From the NCBI GenBank assembly GCA_017856545.1, contig JAFMEV010000001.1:66231-130230 (forward strand): DNA of 64,000 nucleotides, read 5' to 3'. Under the pieces are notes generated by a model, which did no database searches, had not been told where the DNA came from, and saw only the letters and a program-made list of their open reading frames with translations. The stretch is from Chitinophagaceae bacterium (lineage in GTDB: Bacteria; Bacteroidota; Bacteroidia; Chitinophagales; Chitinophagaceae). Shown piece after piece: positions 9,134 to 19,505 of this stretch (position 1 is its first letter; each line of letters opens with the position of its first letter). The position numbers were made by a program, and so were the translations under genes.

Positions 9134-10612
9134 ATGGCAAAGGAATTAATGACAAGAGCACAAGACTATTCTCAATGGTACAATGACCTAATTATTAAAG
9201 GTGATTTGGCAGATTATAGCGCAGTAAGAGGTTGTATGGTAATCAAGCCATATGGTTATGCATTATGGGAAAATATGCAACAAACATTAGACAAAATGTT
9301 TAAAGACACAGGACATCAGAACGCCTATTTTCCATTGTTTGTTCCTAAGTCTTTGTTTGAGGCGGAAGAAAAGAACGCAGAAGGTTTTGCAAAAGAATGT
9401 GCGATTGTAACCCATTATCGTTTAAAAACAGATCCCAATAATAAAGGAAAATTGATGGTGGATCCTGAAGCAAAATTGGAAGAAGAATTAATTGTTCGTC
9501 CTACCAGTGAAGCGATCATATGGAATACCTATAAAACATGGATTCAGTCATACAGGGATTTGCCCATTTTAGTGAATCAATGGGCCAATGTGGTGAGATG
9601 GGAAATGAGAACAAGATTGTTTTTAAGAACAGCAGAATTTTTATGGCAGGAAGGTCATACTGCACATGCTACCAAAGAAGAAGCTATTGAAGAAACAAAA
9701 ATGATCTTGGATTTATATGCAGACTTTGCAGAGAATTGGATGGCGATGCCAGTGATCAAAGGAGTGAAAACACCTAATGAAAGATTTGCTGGCGCAGAAG
9801 ATACTTATTGTATTGAAGCTTTAATGCAAGATGGTAAAGCATTACAGGCAGGTACTTCTCATTTCTTAGGTCAAAATTTTGCAAAAGCATTTGATGTAAA
9901 GTTCAGTGATAAGAGTAATCAATTAGATTATGTTTGGGCAACTAGTTGGGGTGTGAGTACAAGATTAATCGGAGGATTGGTCATGACGCATAGTGATGAT
10001 CAAGGTTTAGTTTTACCACCAAAGATTGCACCATTACAAGTAGTGATTGTTCCTATTTATAAAGGAGAAGAGCAAAAAGCTTTGATTGATGTTAAAGTAA
10101 AAGAATTCATGCAATCATTTAAAGCGGCTGGAATTAGAGTAAAATATGATGATTCAGATAATCAAAGACCAGGATGGAAGTTTGCAGAATATGAATTGAA
10201 GGGTGTGCCTGTAAGAATTGCTATTGGTGCAAGAGATTTAGAGAATAACCAAGTGGAGATAGCAAGAAGAGATACCAAAGAAAAATCTTCCGTTTCAATG
10301 GATGGATTAACCAATACCGTAAGTGCGTTATTGGAAGCCATTCAAACCAATTTATTTGAAAGAGCCAAGCAATATAGAGATGAACATATCACCAAGGCAG
10401 ACACTTGGGATGAGTTTGTTCAAATCTTAGATACAAAGGCTGGATTTGTTTCTGCACATTGGGATGGCAGTGCTGAGTCAGAGGATAAAATTAAAGAATT
10501 AACTAAAGCTACTATTCGTTGTATTCCATTGAATAATACACAAGAAGCAGGTAAGTGTATTTTAACGGGCAATCCTTCTACACAAAGAGTATTGTTTGCA
10601 AGAGCTTATTAA
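9134..10612 (+). CDS. proS: Proline--tRNA ligase (archaeal/eukaryotic-like type)
   Basis: [52 protein letters not shown]-terminal VLFARAY. Confidence 0.97.
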   Translation: MAKELMTRAQDYSQWYNDLIIKGDLADYSAVRGCMVIKPYGYALWENMQQTLDKMFKDTGHQNAYFPLFVPKSLFEAEEKNAEGFAKECAIVTHYRLKTDPNNKGKLMVDPEAKLEEELIVRPTSEAIIWNTYKTWIQSYRDLPILVNQWANVVRWEMRTRLFLRTAEFLWQEGHTAHATKEEAIEETKMILDLYADFAENWMAMPVIKGVKTPNERFAGAEDTYCIEALMQDGKALQAGTSHFLGQNFAKAFDVKFSDKSNQLDYVWATSWGVSTRLIGGLVMTHSDDQGLVLPPKIAPLQVVIVPIYKGEEQKALIDVKVKEFMQSFKAAGIRVKYDDSDNQRPGWKFAEYELKGVPVRIAIGARDLENNQVEIARRDTKEKSSVSMDGLTNTVSALLEAIQTNLFERAKQYRDEHITKADTWDEFVQILDTKAGFVSAHWDGSAESEDKIKELTKATIRCIPLNNTQEAGKCILTGNPSTQRVLFARAY

Positions 10613-10624
10613 TGTGTTGCCAGA

Positions 10625-11350
10625 ATGGGCCTAAAACAAAAACCAATACCAGCTGCTTTAACACCTTTTTTGGAAGGGAAGGTTTTGTTATTAGATAAGC
10701 CCATTGGATGGACTTCATTTAATATGGTGCAGAAAGTACGTCACTTAACCAAGGTCGCCAAAGTTGGACATGCAGGTACTTTAGATCCCTTAGCTACAGG
10801 TTTGTTAATTATTTGTACAGGAAAATTCACCAAGCAAATTAATACCTATATGGGCATGACCAAAGAGTATACTGGCTCGATGGTAATAGGGGCGACTACT
10901 CCTACCTATGATTTAGAATCTGAGCCTGAAAATTTCCAATCTATTGATCATATTACAGAAGAACAAATTAAGGATGCTACAAGACAATTTATTGGGGAAA
11001 TATTACAAATGCCTCCTCAACATTCTGCCATTAAAAAAGATGGGAAAAGATTGTATGAATCAGCAAGACAGGGAATAGAAGTAAAAGTAGATCCAAGGCC
11101 CATTACTATTGAAAGTTTTGAGATCACTCATATTCAATTACCTCAAATAGATTTTAAAGTGGTGTGTTCTACCGGTACTTATATAAGAAGCTTGGTTAAA
11201 GATTTTGGAGATGCACTAGGTGTAGGTGCATATATGAGTGCACTTAGAAGAACAAAGATTGGAGCGTTTAATGTGGATGATGCAATGCAATGGGAAAATT
11301 TGCAAAAAGACATTGAGCAATTGTTGGCTAATGACTTTTTAGAAGGGTAA
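10625..11350 (+). CDS. truB: tRNA pseudouridine(55) synthase
   Basis: DKPIGWTS, KVGHAGTLDPLATGLL, CSTGTYIRSL, LRRTKIG. Confidence 0.96.
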   Translation: MGLKQKPIPAALTPFLEGKVLLLDKPIGWTSFNMVQKVRHLTKVAKVGHAGTLDPLATGLLIICTGKFTKQINTYMGMTKEYTGSMVIGATTPTYDLESEPENFQSIDHITEEQIKDATRQFIGEILQMPPQHSAIKKDGKRLYESARQGIEVKVDPRPITIESFEITHIQLPQIDFKVVCSTGTYIRSLVKDFGDALGVGAYMSALRRTKIGAFNVDDAMQWENLQKDIEQLLANDFLEG

Positions 11351-13720
11351 TCCAATACCAAATTGCCAAGCATAATTATTTACCTTAAGATTATTTTTCT
11401 TTATCTCAGACCATTGCATGTTTCTGAGATCTAACCATCCATTATTGGTTGTTCTTGTAGGATCTTTCATTTTTAAAGCATAATCAATTCTGACAATAAA
11501 ATAATTAAAGTCGAATCTTAATCCAGTACCTACACCAATGGCAAGATCTTGATACAATCTATTAAATTTAAATCCAGCCTTTGCATCTGAATCCGTATCT
11601 CTAGCATTCCAGATATTACCCATATCTGCAAAGAGCGCACTACCTAATTTATAAGATCCCCATTGAAATAAGTTAAATCTATATTCAATATTAGCTTCTA
11701 ATTGAACATCGCCAAAACGATCAAAATTAACATTGGCGGTACTTGTGTCGTAAAAATTGGAACTTCCCAAGCCCAATTGTCTTAAACCCCAAGCTCGCAT
11801 ACTATAAGGTCCACCTGCAGTAAATTGCTTGAAGAAAGGTAGAGCCCCACCCAGTCTTTTATCTTTACTATAATTATTTCCATAGCCTCCCATCAATCTA
11901 AAAGCCCATTCTGAATAGGAAGACTTAATAGATTTACGCAATTCTATTTCGGCTTTGATATAAGTATAAATATTTTTATTGAGTGATGGAATTAAGTTGG
12001 TTATTGCGCCAGCTTCTTCTATTCCAATCTTGATAAAATTGAATTGGTTAGAGAATTTTTTGGAAGGGGCTGCATGTGTGAAGGTAAATGTTTGACTCAT
12101 TACATTCCCGTCATTAAATGAAGATCTTAAGAAAGGGTTAAGAAAAAGTAAATCATCCAGTTTTGCAAATTTATTTAATTGATAAATTTCTATATTGATT
12201 GGTTTATAGATGAAATTCTTTTCTGAGGTATTGTTAATACTTTTCCATTCATACCCCCAACTGGTTGTAAAAGATTTTAATTGGTAATATTCTAATCTGT
12301 TAATACTTGAACCGTTCAATAAGAAATTAGATTTAGTAGCGTATTTTCTTGCGTGTTGATGTTTAAAAAAAGGAATCAAAATATTAGGAAAACTATAAGT
12401 GTGTCCAACATTAAATAATAAAGTTTGAGCAAATTGATCTCTAATATTATTTAAATTTAATTCTACTCCTGTTCTAAAGCTTGTAATACTTGGTATAGAT
12501 TTTTTTGCAACATTTTTATCTCTATAAGTTAAACTGGTTGAAAGTCCCAGTAAATTACCTCCCCCTAGCTGAGCAGAGTTTTTACTACCCTCAATGTCTG
12601 CGCTAATACTTCTTCTTAAGCTTGGAACTAACAAGTAATGTAAATAAACGCTATCATTTTTTATGTTAGTTCTTGAGTCAATTTGCTGCCATGCCCCTAA
12701 GCCACTAAAATTATTTAAAGTTTGAAAAAATTTTGCTTCATTATAAGGCTCTCCAACTTTGATAAAAGATTGTTCTTCAAAAATGCTTGTTTTAAAGAGG
12801 GGTTTTTTATAGAGATGTACAATGGATTTGTATTCAATTGTATTTGGACTAATTTGAGTTATTACAGAGTCTGGATTGTCATTCATACTTAAGTCACTAT
12901 AAAATAATTGCTTTCCTACCGGATATACTTTATTTGAATTACTATTTGTATTTCTTAATTGAATACTTATTTTCCATTTTGGATTGGATAAATTGAGCTG
13001 ATTCGCTGAAATCACTTGATCCATCTGAAGCAAGGGATCCAAATTCACCTCCATTAATGAAGGATCTAGGGTATCAATTTCTGCAAATATTTTTTCCTTA
13101 GTAAAATTGTAATATCCATTATTTCGAAATAACTCAACCAATCTATCTAGTTCATTATTGATTATTTGATTTGAGTAGGTATTCCCTTTTTTCAAAAAGG
13201 ATTGTGCTAAATTGGCTTTTGCAATTTTTTGTAAATTAGGGTCTGATAGTTCATAAAATACAGAATCAATAATTGTTTTTAATTGCAAATTCACCTTCAT
13301 TTGAACGGTTGTTCGGTATTCATTTTTTATTGTATCGATAAAGTAATGAGGTGTAATAATGGCATTATTGTAACCTTCGGAAGCTAAATAAGCTTGCATG
13401 TAGTTGATAGATCTTGGAATTCTATCAGCATGAAATTCGACCGGCTGTAAGAGGGTTTTAAAAAAACCAAATTGTCTGATATAGTTTGCTTTTAAACTAT
13501 CATCCCAATATTCCTCTAAAGCAAATTTCATTTCTTTTTGGAATTGTTTACTTTGTTGTCCTTCAATAATGATTTCGTTTTTGTAAACAAAAGGAGTTTC
13601 TTTTGGATAATCATGCACGATGGCCTTTTTGAGGTCAGCGCAGCTGTTTAATAAAAATAGTAGGCCGAATAGGCAATATCTTGAGTAGAATCTAATATTT
13701 TTATTGTTCAGTAACGACAT
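11339..13720 (-). CDS. BamA/TamA-family outer membrane protein, lipoprotein type (TamL-like)
   Basis: Lipobox LLNS-C, POTRA-like N-terminus, FTAGGPYSMRAW, LEANIEYRF, GTGLRFDFNYFIVRIDY, C-terminal IGLPF; ATG at 13720 preferred over the ORF-track start at 13747. Confidence 0.85.
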   Translation of the reverse strand: MSLLNNKNIRFYSRYCLFGLLFLLNSCADLKKAIVHDYPKETPFVYKNEIIIEGQQSKQFQKEMKFALEEYWDDSLKANYIRQFGFFKTLLQPVEFHADRIPRSINYMQAYLASEGYNNAIITPHYFIDTIKNEYRTTVQMKVNLQLKTIIDSVFYELSDPNLQKIAKANLAQSFLKKGNTYSNQIINNELDRLVELFRNNGYYNFTKEKIFAEIDTLDPSLMEVNLDPLLQMDQVISANQLNLSNPKWKISIQLRNTNSNSNKVYPVGKQLFYSDLSMNDNPDSVITQISPNTIEYKSIVHLYKKPLFKTSIFEEQSFIKVGEPYNEAKFFQTLNNFSGLGAWQQIDSRTNIKNDSVYLHYLLVPSLRRSISADIEGSKNSAQLGGGNLLGLSTSLTYRDKNVAKKSIPSITSFRTGVELNLNNIRDQFAQTLLFNVGHTYSFPNILIPFFKHQHARKYATKSNFLLNGSSINRLEYYQLKSFTTSWGYEWKSINNTSEKNFIYKPINIEIYQLNKFAKLDDLLFLNPFLRSSFNDGNVMSQTFTFTHAAPSKKFSNQFNFIKIGIEEAGAITNLIPSLNKNIYTYIKAEIELRKSIKSSYSEWAFRLMGGYGNNYSKDKRLGGALPFFKQFTAGGPYSMRAWGLRQLGLGSSNFYDTSTANVNFDRFGDVQLEANIEYRFNLFQWGSYKLGSALFADMGNIWNARDTDSDAKAGFKFNRLYQDLAIGVGTGLRFDFNYFIVRIDYALKMKDPTRTTNNGWLDLRNMQWSEIKKNNLKVNNYAWQFGIGLPF

Positions 13721-13724
13721 AAAG

Positions 13725-14456
13725 ATGATTAGTAAGAATGAGCTCAAATATATCCAATCTTTTGCCCATAAAAAACAATGGGCCCAAGAATCTGTGTTTA
13801 TCGTTGAAGGACCTAAATTGGTAGAAGAACTTTTAGATTCAGATTGGGAACTTGAAGCCGTTTATTGTATAGAGCCCTGGTTGAAACAATGGAGTCAACC
13901 CATGCCACATGTAACCATTGTTTCCGAACAAGAATTAGAAAGAATAAGTTTACTTCAGCAGCCTAATCAAGTACTAGCTATAGTAAAAAAGAAACAATAT
14001 AATGCTCCCTTAACATTCAAAGGCAACCTCACTTTGGTATTAGATGGCATACAAGATCCAGGAAACCTGGGTACGATCATTCGCACTTTTGATTGGTTTG
14101 GTGGAAAACAAATTATTGTCACTGAAGATACTGCAGGCTTATTTAACCCAAAAGTTATTCAAAGTACAATGGGTAGTTTTCTGAGAGTAAGGGTAGAAGT
14201 TGTTCATGATATTCCAAGTTTATTGAAGAGCCAAGATTTGCCTGTGTATGGTGCCATCTTGAAAGGATCATCTATTTATCAAACAACATTTAAGCAAGAA
14301 GGGTTTTTAATTATTGGTAACGAATCAAAGGGTATAAGAGAGGATTTGATTTCTTTAATTGATCATGCTATTGCTATTCCTCAATTTGGGGGTGCTGAAT
14401 CATTAAATGCTGCAGTTGCAACTGGAATTTTACTATCTCATTGGAAAGGGCAATAA
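13725..14456 (+). CDS. TrmH/SpoU family RNA methyltransferase
   Basis: FIVEGPKLVEEL, LDGIQDPGNLGTIIRT, IIGNESKGI, AESLNAAVATGI. Confidence 0.93.
   Translation: MISKNELKYIQSFAHKKQWAQESVFIVEGPKLVEELLDSDWELEAVYCIEPWLKQWSQPMPHVTIVSEQELERISLLQQPNQVLAIVKKKQYNAPLTFKGNLTLVLDGIQDPGNLGTIIRTFDWFGGKQIIVTEDTAGLFNPKVIQSTMGSFLRVRVEVVHDIPSLLKSQDLPVYGAILKGSSIYQTTFKQEGFLIIGNESKGIREDLISLIDHAIAIPQFGGAESLNAAVATGILLSHWKGQ
13745..13752 (-). promoter_or_regulatory. Candidate -7 promoter element (TATATTTG) for the tamL-like gene, inside the trmH CDS
   Basis: Forward caaatata = TAnnTTTG on the minus strand, 24 nt upstream of the ATG at 13720. Confidence 0.55.
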
Positions 14457-15644
14457 TTAATCAAATCTGATGGTCTTAGCAGGGCTTATTTTATTGATCC
14501 AAATCGTAGGGATCAAGAAGGAGATATAGCTAATCATTAATGTTCCAATAATTACCATTATAATCTGTAATGGAACCATTTTTATTGGTAATGTTTTCAT
14601 GAAATAAGCAGTCTCATCTAATTGAATCCATCCTGTATAGTATTGCAGTAGGGATAGGCCAATACCAATAACAGATCCTATGGCTATGCCCATCCAATTA
14701 ATAAAACTTACTTGGTATAAAAATACCTTTCTAATAAACTGTTCATTGGCACCCATTGCGCTCAGTGTACCAATCATATGTACCCTTTCCAAGATTAAAA
14801 TAAATAAACAGGTAAGTAAGTTCACTACAGCGATAATTAACATAATGGTTACCGCTACATTTCTATTGACTGTTTGTACTCCTATCCAATCAAAAATTTG
14901 CGGGTAATCTTCTTCTATGCTTGTTGCCACTGTATTTGGAGGACAAAGCGATTGTATTTTTTGAATTAAATTGGGCAGATCTGAGTTTTCATTGATATGA
15001 ATACTGTAGCCACTTATCTCCCTGCTACCTGAGTTTAAAAATTGCAAAACGCCTAAATCAATATAAATAAATTCCGCATCGTATTCTTCTATTCCTGAGT
15101 GATATATGCCTTTCACTAAAAATCTTCTTTCTTGAACTTTACCATTTTGTAAAAAGTTGACTCTCACTACAGAGCCAATAGTGGCTCCAATTTTATTGGC
15201 AATTTCTTGGGATAAGACAGTTTCATTACTCTTTTCGATAAACAACTGGTTCAAATTTGAACTCATATGTAGAAAAGGGATAGCTTGCCCCTTGTTAATT
15301 CCTTTAACAATGATGCCTTCCATTTCTTTTTGATAAGCAATTACAGCAGTTTGAGTAGCATAAGGTTCGACTTGCTTAATTTCAGGCAATTGTTGAATAG
15401 CATTTACTAATTGGGGAGATTCATTTAACACATTGCCATTGATAGCATTGATTCTTACAGTACCCCAAAATTGGTAAACTTTTTGTGCAATTTGTTCTTG
15501 AAAACCATTGACAATCGAAAGTGTAAGTATAATGGCTGCTATGCTTATTGAAGTTGCAGCAATAGAAAGTTTAACAATAAAACTGGTATTGCTTTTGCTT
15601 TTTTGGAAGCTCATTCTTTTTGCTATTTCAAAAGCAGTATTCAA
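14457..15644 (-). CDS. LolC/LolE (FtsX/MacB-like) ABC transporter permease
   Basis: AIILTLSIVNGFQEQI, periplasmic domain, ILILERVHMIGTLSAMGA; four predicted TM segments. Confidence 0.85.
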   Translation of the reverse strand: MNTAFEIAKRMSFQKSKSNTSFIVKLSIAATSISIAAIILTLSIVNGFQEQIAQKVYQFWGTVRINAINGNVLNESPQLVNAIQQLPEIKQVEPYATQTAVIAYQKEMEGIIVKGINKGQAIPFLHMSSNLNQLFIEKSNETVLSQEIANKIGATIGSVVRVNFLQNGKVQERRFLVKGIYHSGIEEYDAEFIYIDLGVLQFLNSGSREISGYSIHINENSDLPNLIQKIQSLCPPNTVATSIEEDYPQIFDWIGVQTVNRNVAVTIMLIIAVVNLLTCLFILILERVHMIGTLSAMGANEQFIRKVFLYQVSFINWMGIAIGSVIGIGLSLLQYYTGWIQLDETAYFMKTLPIKMVPLQIIMVIIGTLMISYISFLIPTIWINKISPAKTIRFD

Positions 15645-15731
15645 ATGGTTTATTTTTTTTCAAATCTAACTTATTTATCATTATATATTATGAAATATGG
15701 CCTAGTTTCGTATTCAATTAAATACATAGGA

Positions 15732-17003
15732 ATGAAAAAGGCCTTGATTTTTTTATGGATTCTTTTAATGCAGACTAGTTTGTTTGCACAATTCAATCCA
15801 GATCAAAACATGGATAGTTCCATTCATACCATCTTGGTTCACCCAGAAGGAAGGCCAAGAGATTTGCCCATCATAGGATTAAACGATCCTACAGCTTTGA
15901 CGGTTAGCTTTGATGATTTTAATTTTAGTTACCAGAACTATTTTTACAGTATTGAATTAGTGGATGATCAATGGCAGTCTGTTCCATTGACTCCATTTGA
16001 GTATACAACTGGTTTTGCTCAAAATAAGATCAATACTTTTAATATTTCATCCATTGCATTTCAACCATATTATCATTATCAATTCAATCTTCCCAATCCA
16101 CAATGTAAGCCAACAAAAGCCGGTAATTATATTCTAAAGGTTTTTAAAGATGGTGATCCATCCAAAATCATTTTTACTAGAAGATTTTATGTAGTGAATT
16201 CACTGGTTGGTGTTTTTGGTTCTGTTCAAGAACCTTTTGATGGCGCCATTTCTAGAACCCACCAGAAAATTCAGTTAAGTTTGGATGTAAAGCAATTATC
16301 TTTTTTTCAACCTGATCAAATAAAAGTGGTGGTTATACAAAATCGTCGTTTAAATGATGCTAAAGTAATCACAGAGCCAAGTTTTATTAGAGGTAACAAC
16401 ATGGAATATAATAGTGATAGGGACTTGGTTTTTCCAGGAGGCAATGAGGCAAGGTGGTTGGATTTGCAAAGCTTAAGATTAAGGTCGGATAGGGTACAGC
16501 AAATTGATGTAGTAGATGGCTTGACTAGGGTTATTGTAAAACCTGATTTTTCTAAATCCCAAACACCATATTTTACTTTTAATGATTTAAATGGCGCATT
16601 TATTATTAGTAATACAGAATCATTGCAAAGTGAATTTCAAAATGATTATGCTAAAGTACATTTTACCTATAAGCCTCCCAATGGGATACCCTACGTTGGA
16701 GAAAAATTATACCTAATTGGTGATATAACTCAAAATAAATTGAATAAGGAATCATTAATGCAGTTTAATGTTTTAAAAGGGGTGTATGAAAAGACTATGC
16801 TTTTAAAACAAGGTTATTATAGTTACCACTATATTTTAAGAGATATAGAAAAGCCAATACCTATGGATGATTACAAGGAAACAGAGGGAGATCATTGGGA
16901 AACAGAGAATAGTTATACCATCTTTGTTTATTATACAGCGCCTGGTGCTAGGTATCCTATGATTGCAGGATTTTCGACCATAAATTCAAGGCAAAATTGG
17001 TAG
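15732..17003 (+). CDS. DUF5103 / type IX secretion system plug-like protein
   Basis: Signal peptide LFA-Q; SFDD..YFYSI, AGNYILKVF, FTRRFYV, FPGGNEARWLD, LLKQGYYSY, GDHWETENSY motifs recalled for this family; ATG at 15732 preferred. Confidence 0.75.
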   Translation: MKKALIFLWILLMQTSLFAQFNPDQNMDSSIHTILVHPEGRPRDLPIIGLNDPTALTVSFDDFNFSYQNYFYSIELVDDQWQSVPLTPFEYTTGFAQNKINTFNISSIAFQPYYHYQFNLPNPQCKPTKAGNYILKVFKDGDPSKIIFTRRFYVVNSLVGVFGSVQEPFDGAISRTHQKIQLSLDVKQLSFFQPDQIKVVVIQNRRLNDAKVITEPSFIRGNNMEYNSDRDLVFPGGNEARWLDLQSLRLRSDRVQQIDVVDGLTRVIVKPDFSKSQTPYFTFNDLNGAFIISNTESLQSEFQNDYAKVHFTYKPPNGIPYVGEKLYLIGDITQNKLNKESLMQFNVLKGVYEKTMLLKQGYYSYHYILRDIEKPIPMDDYKETEGDHWETENSYTIFVYYTAPGARYPMIAGFSTINSRQNW

Positions 17004-17033
17004 GTTAATCACTTGTCTTTTAGTACCTTCGCA

Positions 17034-17132
17034 GCGGCAGGTCTTGCACGACCAGCTCCTGCTGAACCTCCCCAGGACAGGAATGTAGCAAGGATAGGCG
17101 GTTGTAGCGGTGCGATGTAAGTAGCCTGCCAC
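17034..17132 (+). ncRNA. ffs: Signal recognition particle RNA (small bacterial type, 4.5S)
   Basis: Domain IV core CCCAGGACA-GGAA-TGTAGCAAGG (GGAA tetraloop, CAGG/AGCA symmetric loop); terminal helix ggcagg/cctgcc; upstream TACCTTCG -7-like element at 17024-17031; followed by a T7 tract. Confidence 0.9.
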
Positions 17133-17159
17133 TTTTTTTCATATTATAAACCTACCCAT

Positions 17160-17810
17160 ATGAAATTTTTTATCGACACTGGTAATTTGGCACAAATCAA
17201 AGAAGCCAATGAACTAGGTATCTTAGACGGTGTAACTACCAACCCTTCATTAATGGCCCAAGTGGGTGTTAAAGGAGAAGCTGCCATTGCTGCACATTAT
17301 AAAGCTATTTGTGAAATCGTTAATGGTGATATTAGTGCCGAGGTATTGTCTACTGATTTTGCTACCATGGTTGAAGAAGGGAAGAAATTAGCTGCTATTC
17401 ATCCAAATATTGTGGTGAAAGTACCTATGATTAAGGATGGTATTAAAGCGATTAAATGGTTTACTGATAATGGAATTCGTACAAACTGTACATTAGTATT
17501 CTCTGCTGGTCAAGCTATTTTAGCTGCCAAAGCAGGTGCAACATATGTATCTCCATTTATAGGAAGAATTGATGATAGCTCTTGGGATGGAATGGAATTA
17601 ATTAGCCAAATCCGTCATATCTATGATGTACAAGGTTTTCAAACACAAATTTTAGCAGCTTCTATTAGAAATGCTTTACATATTGTAAAAGCTGCTGAAG
17701 CTGGTGCAGATGTTTGTACATGTCCATTAGATTCTATCTTAGGATTACTTAAACATCCTTTAACAGATATTGGATTAGCAAAGTTCTTGGAAGATGCTAA
17801 GAAGATGTAA
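17160..17810 (+). CDS. fsa: Transaldolase / fructose-6-phosphate aldolase (small type)
   Basis: MKFFIDT, DGVTTNPSL, NIVVKVPM, NCTLVFS, YVSPFIGRIDD, ILAASIR. Confidence 0.93.
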   Translation: MKFFIDTGNLAQIKEANELGILDGVTTNPSLMAQVGVKGEAAIAAHYKAICEIVNGDISAEVLSTDFATMVEEGKKLAAIHPNIVVKVPMIKDGIKAIKWFTDNGIRTNCTLVFSAGQAILAAKAGATYVSPFIGRIDDSSWDGMELISQIRHIYDVQGFQTQILAASIRNALHIVKAAEAGADVCTCPLDSILGLLKHPLTDIGLAKFLEDAKKM

Positions 17811-17858
17811 TTTATAAGCGCTTATTTTGAAAGATAAAAGCAAAAAAAATTATATATA

Positions 17859-17894
17859 AAAAGAGAGGGCTCCTTTACGGAGTCCTCTCTTTTT
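17859..17894. terminator. Bidirectional intrinsic terminator
   Basis: aaaagagagggctcc...ggagtcctctctttt stem with A/T tails between convergent fsa and yitT. Confidence 0.85.
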
Positions 17895-17911
17895 ATTTAC
17901 AGGTGAAACTT

Positions 17912-18823
17912 CTAGTATTTATGTACTTTCTTTTTAATCATACCACCCTTTGTATCTTTTACAGAATTCATTACCACAAAAGCTGTCGGCGTAATTTTCT
18001 CAATTTCTACATTCAACTTATTCATTTCAAGTCTAGTAATTACGGTATATATAATATCTATATCTTCTCTTTCACCTCTTTTGCCAATTCCTTTTTTTCC
18101 TTGATAAGTTGTAACACCTCTACCCATGGTATTTACGATCATTTCTTGAATTTCTTTAGAATGAGATGAAATAATGGTTACGCCAACATATTCATCAATG
18201 CCATCAATCAAAAAATCTAGAAATTTGGAGGCAGCAAAATAAGTAATTAGGGAATATAAAGCTGATTCAATTGAAAGTAAAAATGCTGCAGATCCAAATA
18301 TAAAAATATTCACAACAATAATTATATCACCAATTGTTACACCTATTTTTTTACTTAAGTAAATAGCTAGTACTTCTGTTCCGTCAATGACACCTCCGCC
18401 ACGAATTGTCAATCCAATTCCGGCTCCCAAAAATATTCCTCCAAACACTGCTACCAATAGTTTATCATTCGTAATATTGGGAAATTCCACCATGGCCAAA
18501 CAAAGTCCTAGACCAATAATTGCAAAGCCAGTTTTAAAAGCAAAATGCTTTCCTAATGTAAAATAACTCATTATCACAAACGGAATATTGATCAATACAA
18601 TCAAAATTGAAACAGGAAATTTCGTGGTTTCTGAAATTAATAAGGAGATACCTGTTACACCTCCGTCAATAAAATGATTAGTTAATAAAAAACCTTTAAA
18701 TCCAAAACTTGCTGAGAATATACCTAAAACAATCAATACGATACTCTTGGTTTCCGATTTTATGGTAATCCATGATTGTAGATATCGCTTCGCTGCTCTA
18801 TAACTTGATTCTGGATGATTCAT
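17912..18823 (-). CDS. YitT family membrane protein (DUF161/DUF2179)
   Basis: DGGVTGISL, LINIPF, GGIFLGAGIGL.IRGGG..DGTEVLA, GRGVT...G..G. Confidence 0.9.
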   Translation of the reverse strand: MNHPESSYRAAKRYLQSWITIKSETKSIVLIVLGIFSASFGFKGFLLTNHFIDGGVTGISLLISETTKFPVSILIVLINIPFVIMSYFTLGKHFAFKTGFAIIGLGLCLAMVEFPNITNDKLLVAVFGGIFLGAGIGLTIRGGGVIDGTEVLAIYLSKKIGVTIGDIIIVVNIFIFGSAAFLLSIESALYSLITYFAASKFLDFLIDGIDEYVGVTIISSHSKEIQEMIVNTMGRGVTTYQGKKGIGKRGEREDIDIIYTVITRLEMNKLNVEIEKITPTAFVVMNSVKDTKGGMIKKKVHKY

Positions 18824-18824
18824 A

Positions 18825-19496
18825 TTAACAATGTTTTAATGCTTCTTTCTTGGAAAGATTATTCAATAATGGATGTGCCTTTACAAACTGAACCACCCAT
18901 TTTTTATTGGTATAAGCATACGCGCGTAATGCCCATCCAATGGCTTTTCGTACAAAGAAGTCTTCGTGCAATTGACTGTTCTCAATATACCTACTTAATA
19001 AATTTGTATCGGTCTTTGTTTTGTAAGTGAGTTGAAATAAAATACTCATTCTAATCAGCCATTTATTGCTAGATTGATTCCATTTGCTTGTACACGCATC
19101 AATATGTTCTGGATGCAATAAAAAAAACTTACTAATTACATGAGTGTTTGTACTATCTACTGAATCCCACCAACTTTGATGGGTAATCATCCATTCAATT
19201 AAAGGAATCGTTTTGATAGACCATATTTTTTTATGGTGTCCAAGTAATTCTATAGCAAAATAATGCAATTCTCTTTGAGGTTCATTAAAACACTCTTTGA
19301 TAAGCTTGCTTAATTCAGTATGATCTTTAATTGGATGCGTTTTATAAAAAGCCTTACAAAGTTGTCTTCTCAAAGGTGTTTTAATTCCATAAAATTCAAA
19401 CTGATTCAATAAATAAGCTTTTGCTTCTTTGGCAATAAGTTGATCACCATTTGCTAAAAATATTTTTTGAATCTCTTTTAAATAGGGGTGCGGCAT
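18825..19496 (-). CDS. DNA alkylation repair protein (AlkD-like HEAT repeat)
   Basis: FYGIKTPLRR, WWDSVD, WLIRMSILFQL, DFFVRKAIGWALR. Confidence 0.88.
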   Translation of the reverse strand: MPHPYLKEIQKIFLANGDQLIAKEAKAYLLNQFEFYGIKTPLRRQLCKAFYKTHPIKDHTELSKLIKECFNEPQRELHYFAIELLGHHKKIWSIKTIPLIEWMITHQSWWDSVDSTNTHVISKFFLLHPEHIDACTSKWNQSSNKWLIRMSILFQLTYKTKTDTNLLSRYIENSQLHEDFFVRKAIGWALRAYAYTNKKWVVQFVKAHPLLNNLSKKEALKHC

Positions 19497-19505
19497 ATTA
19501 TACAA

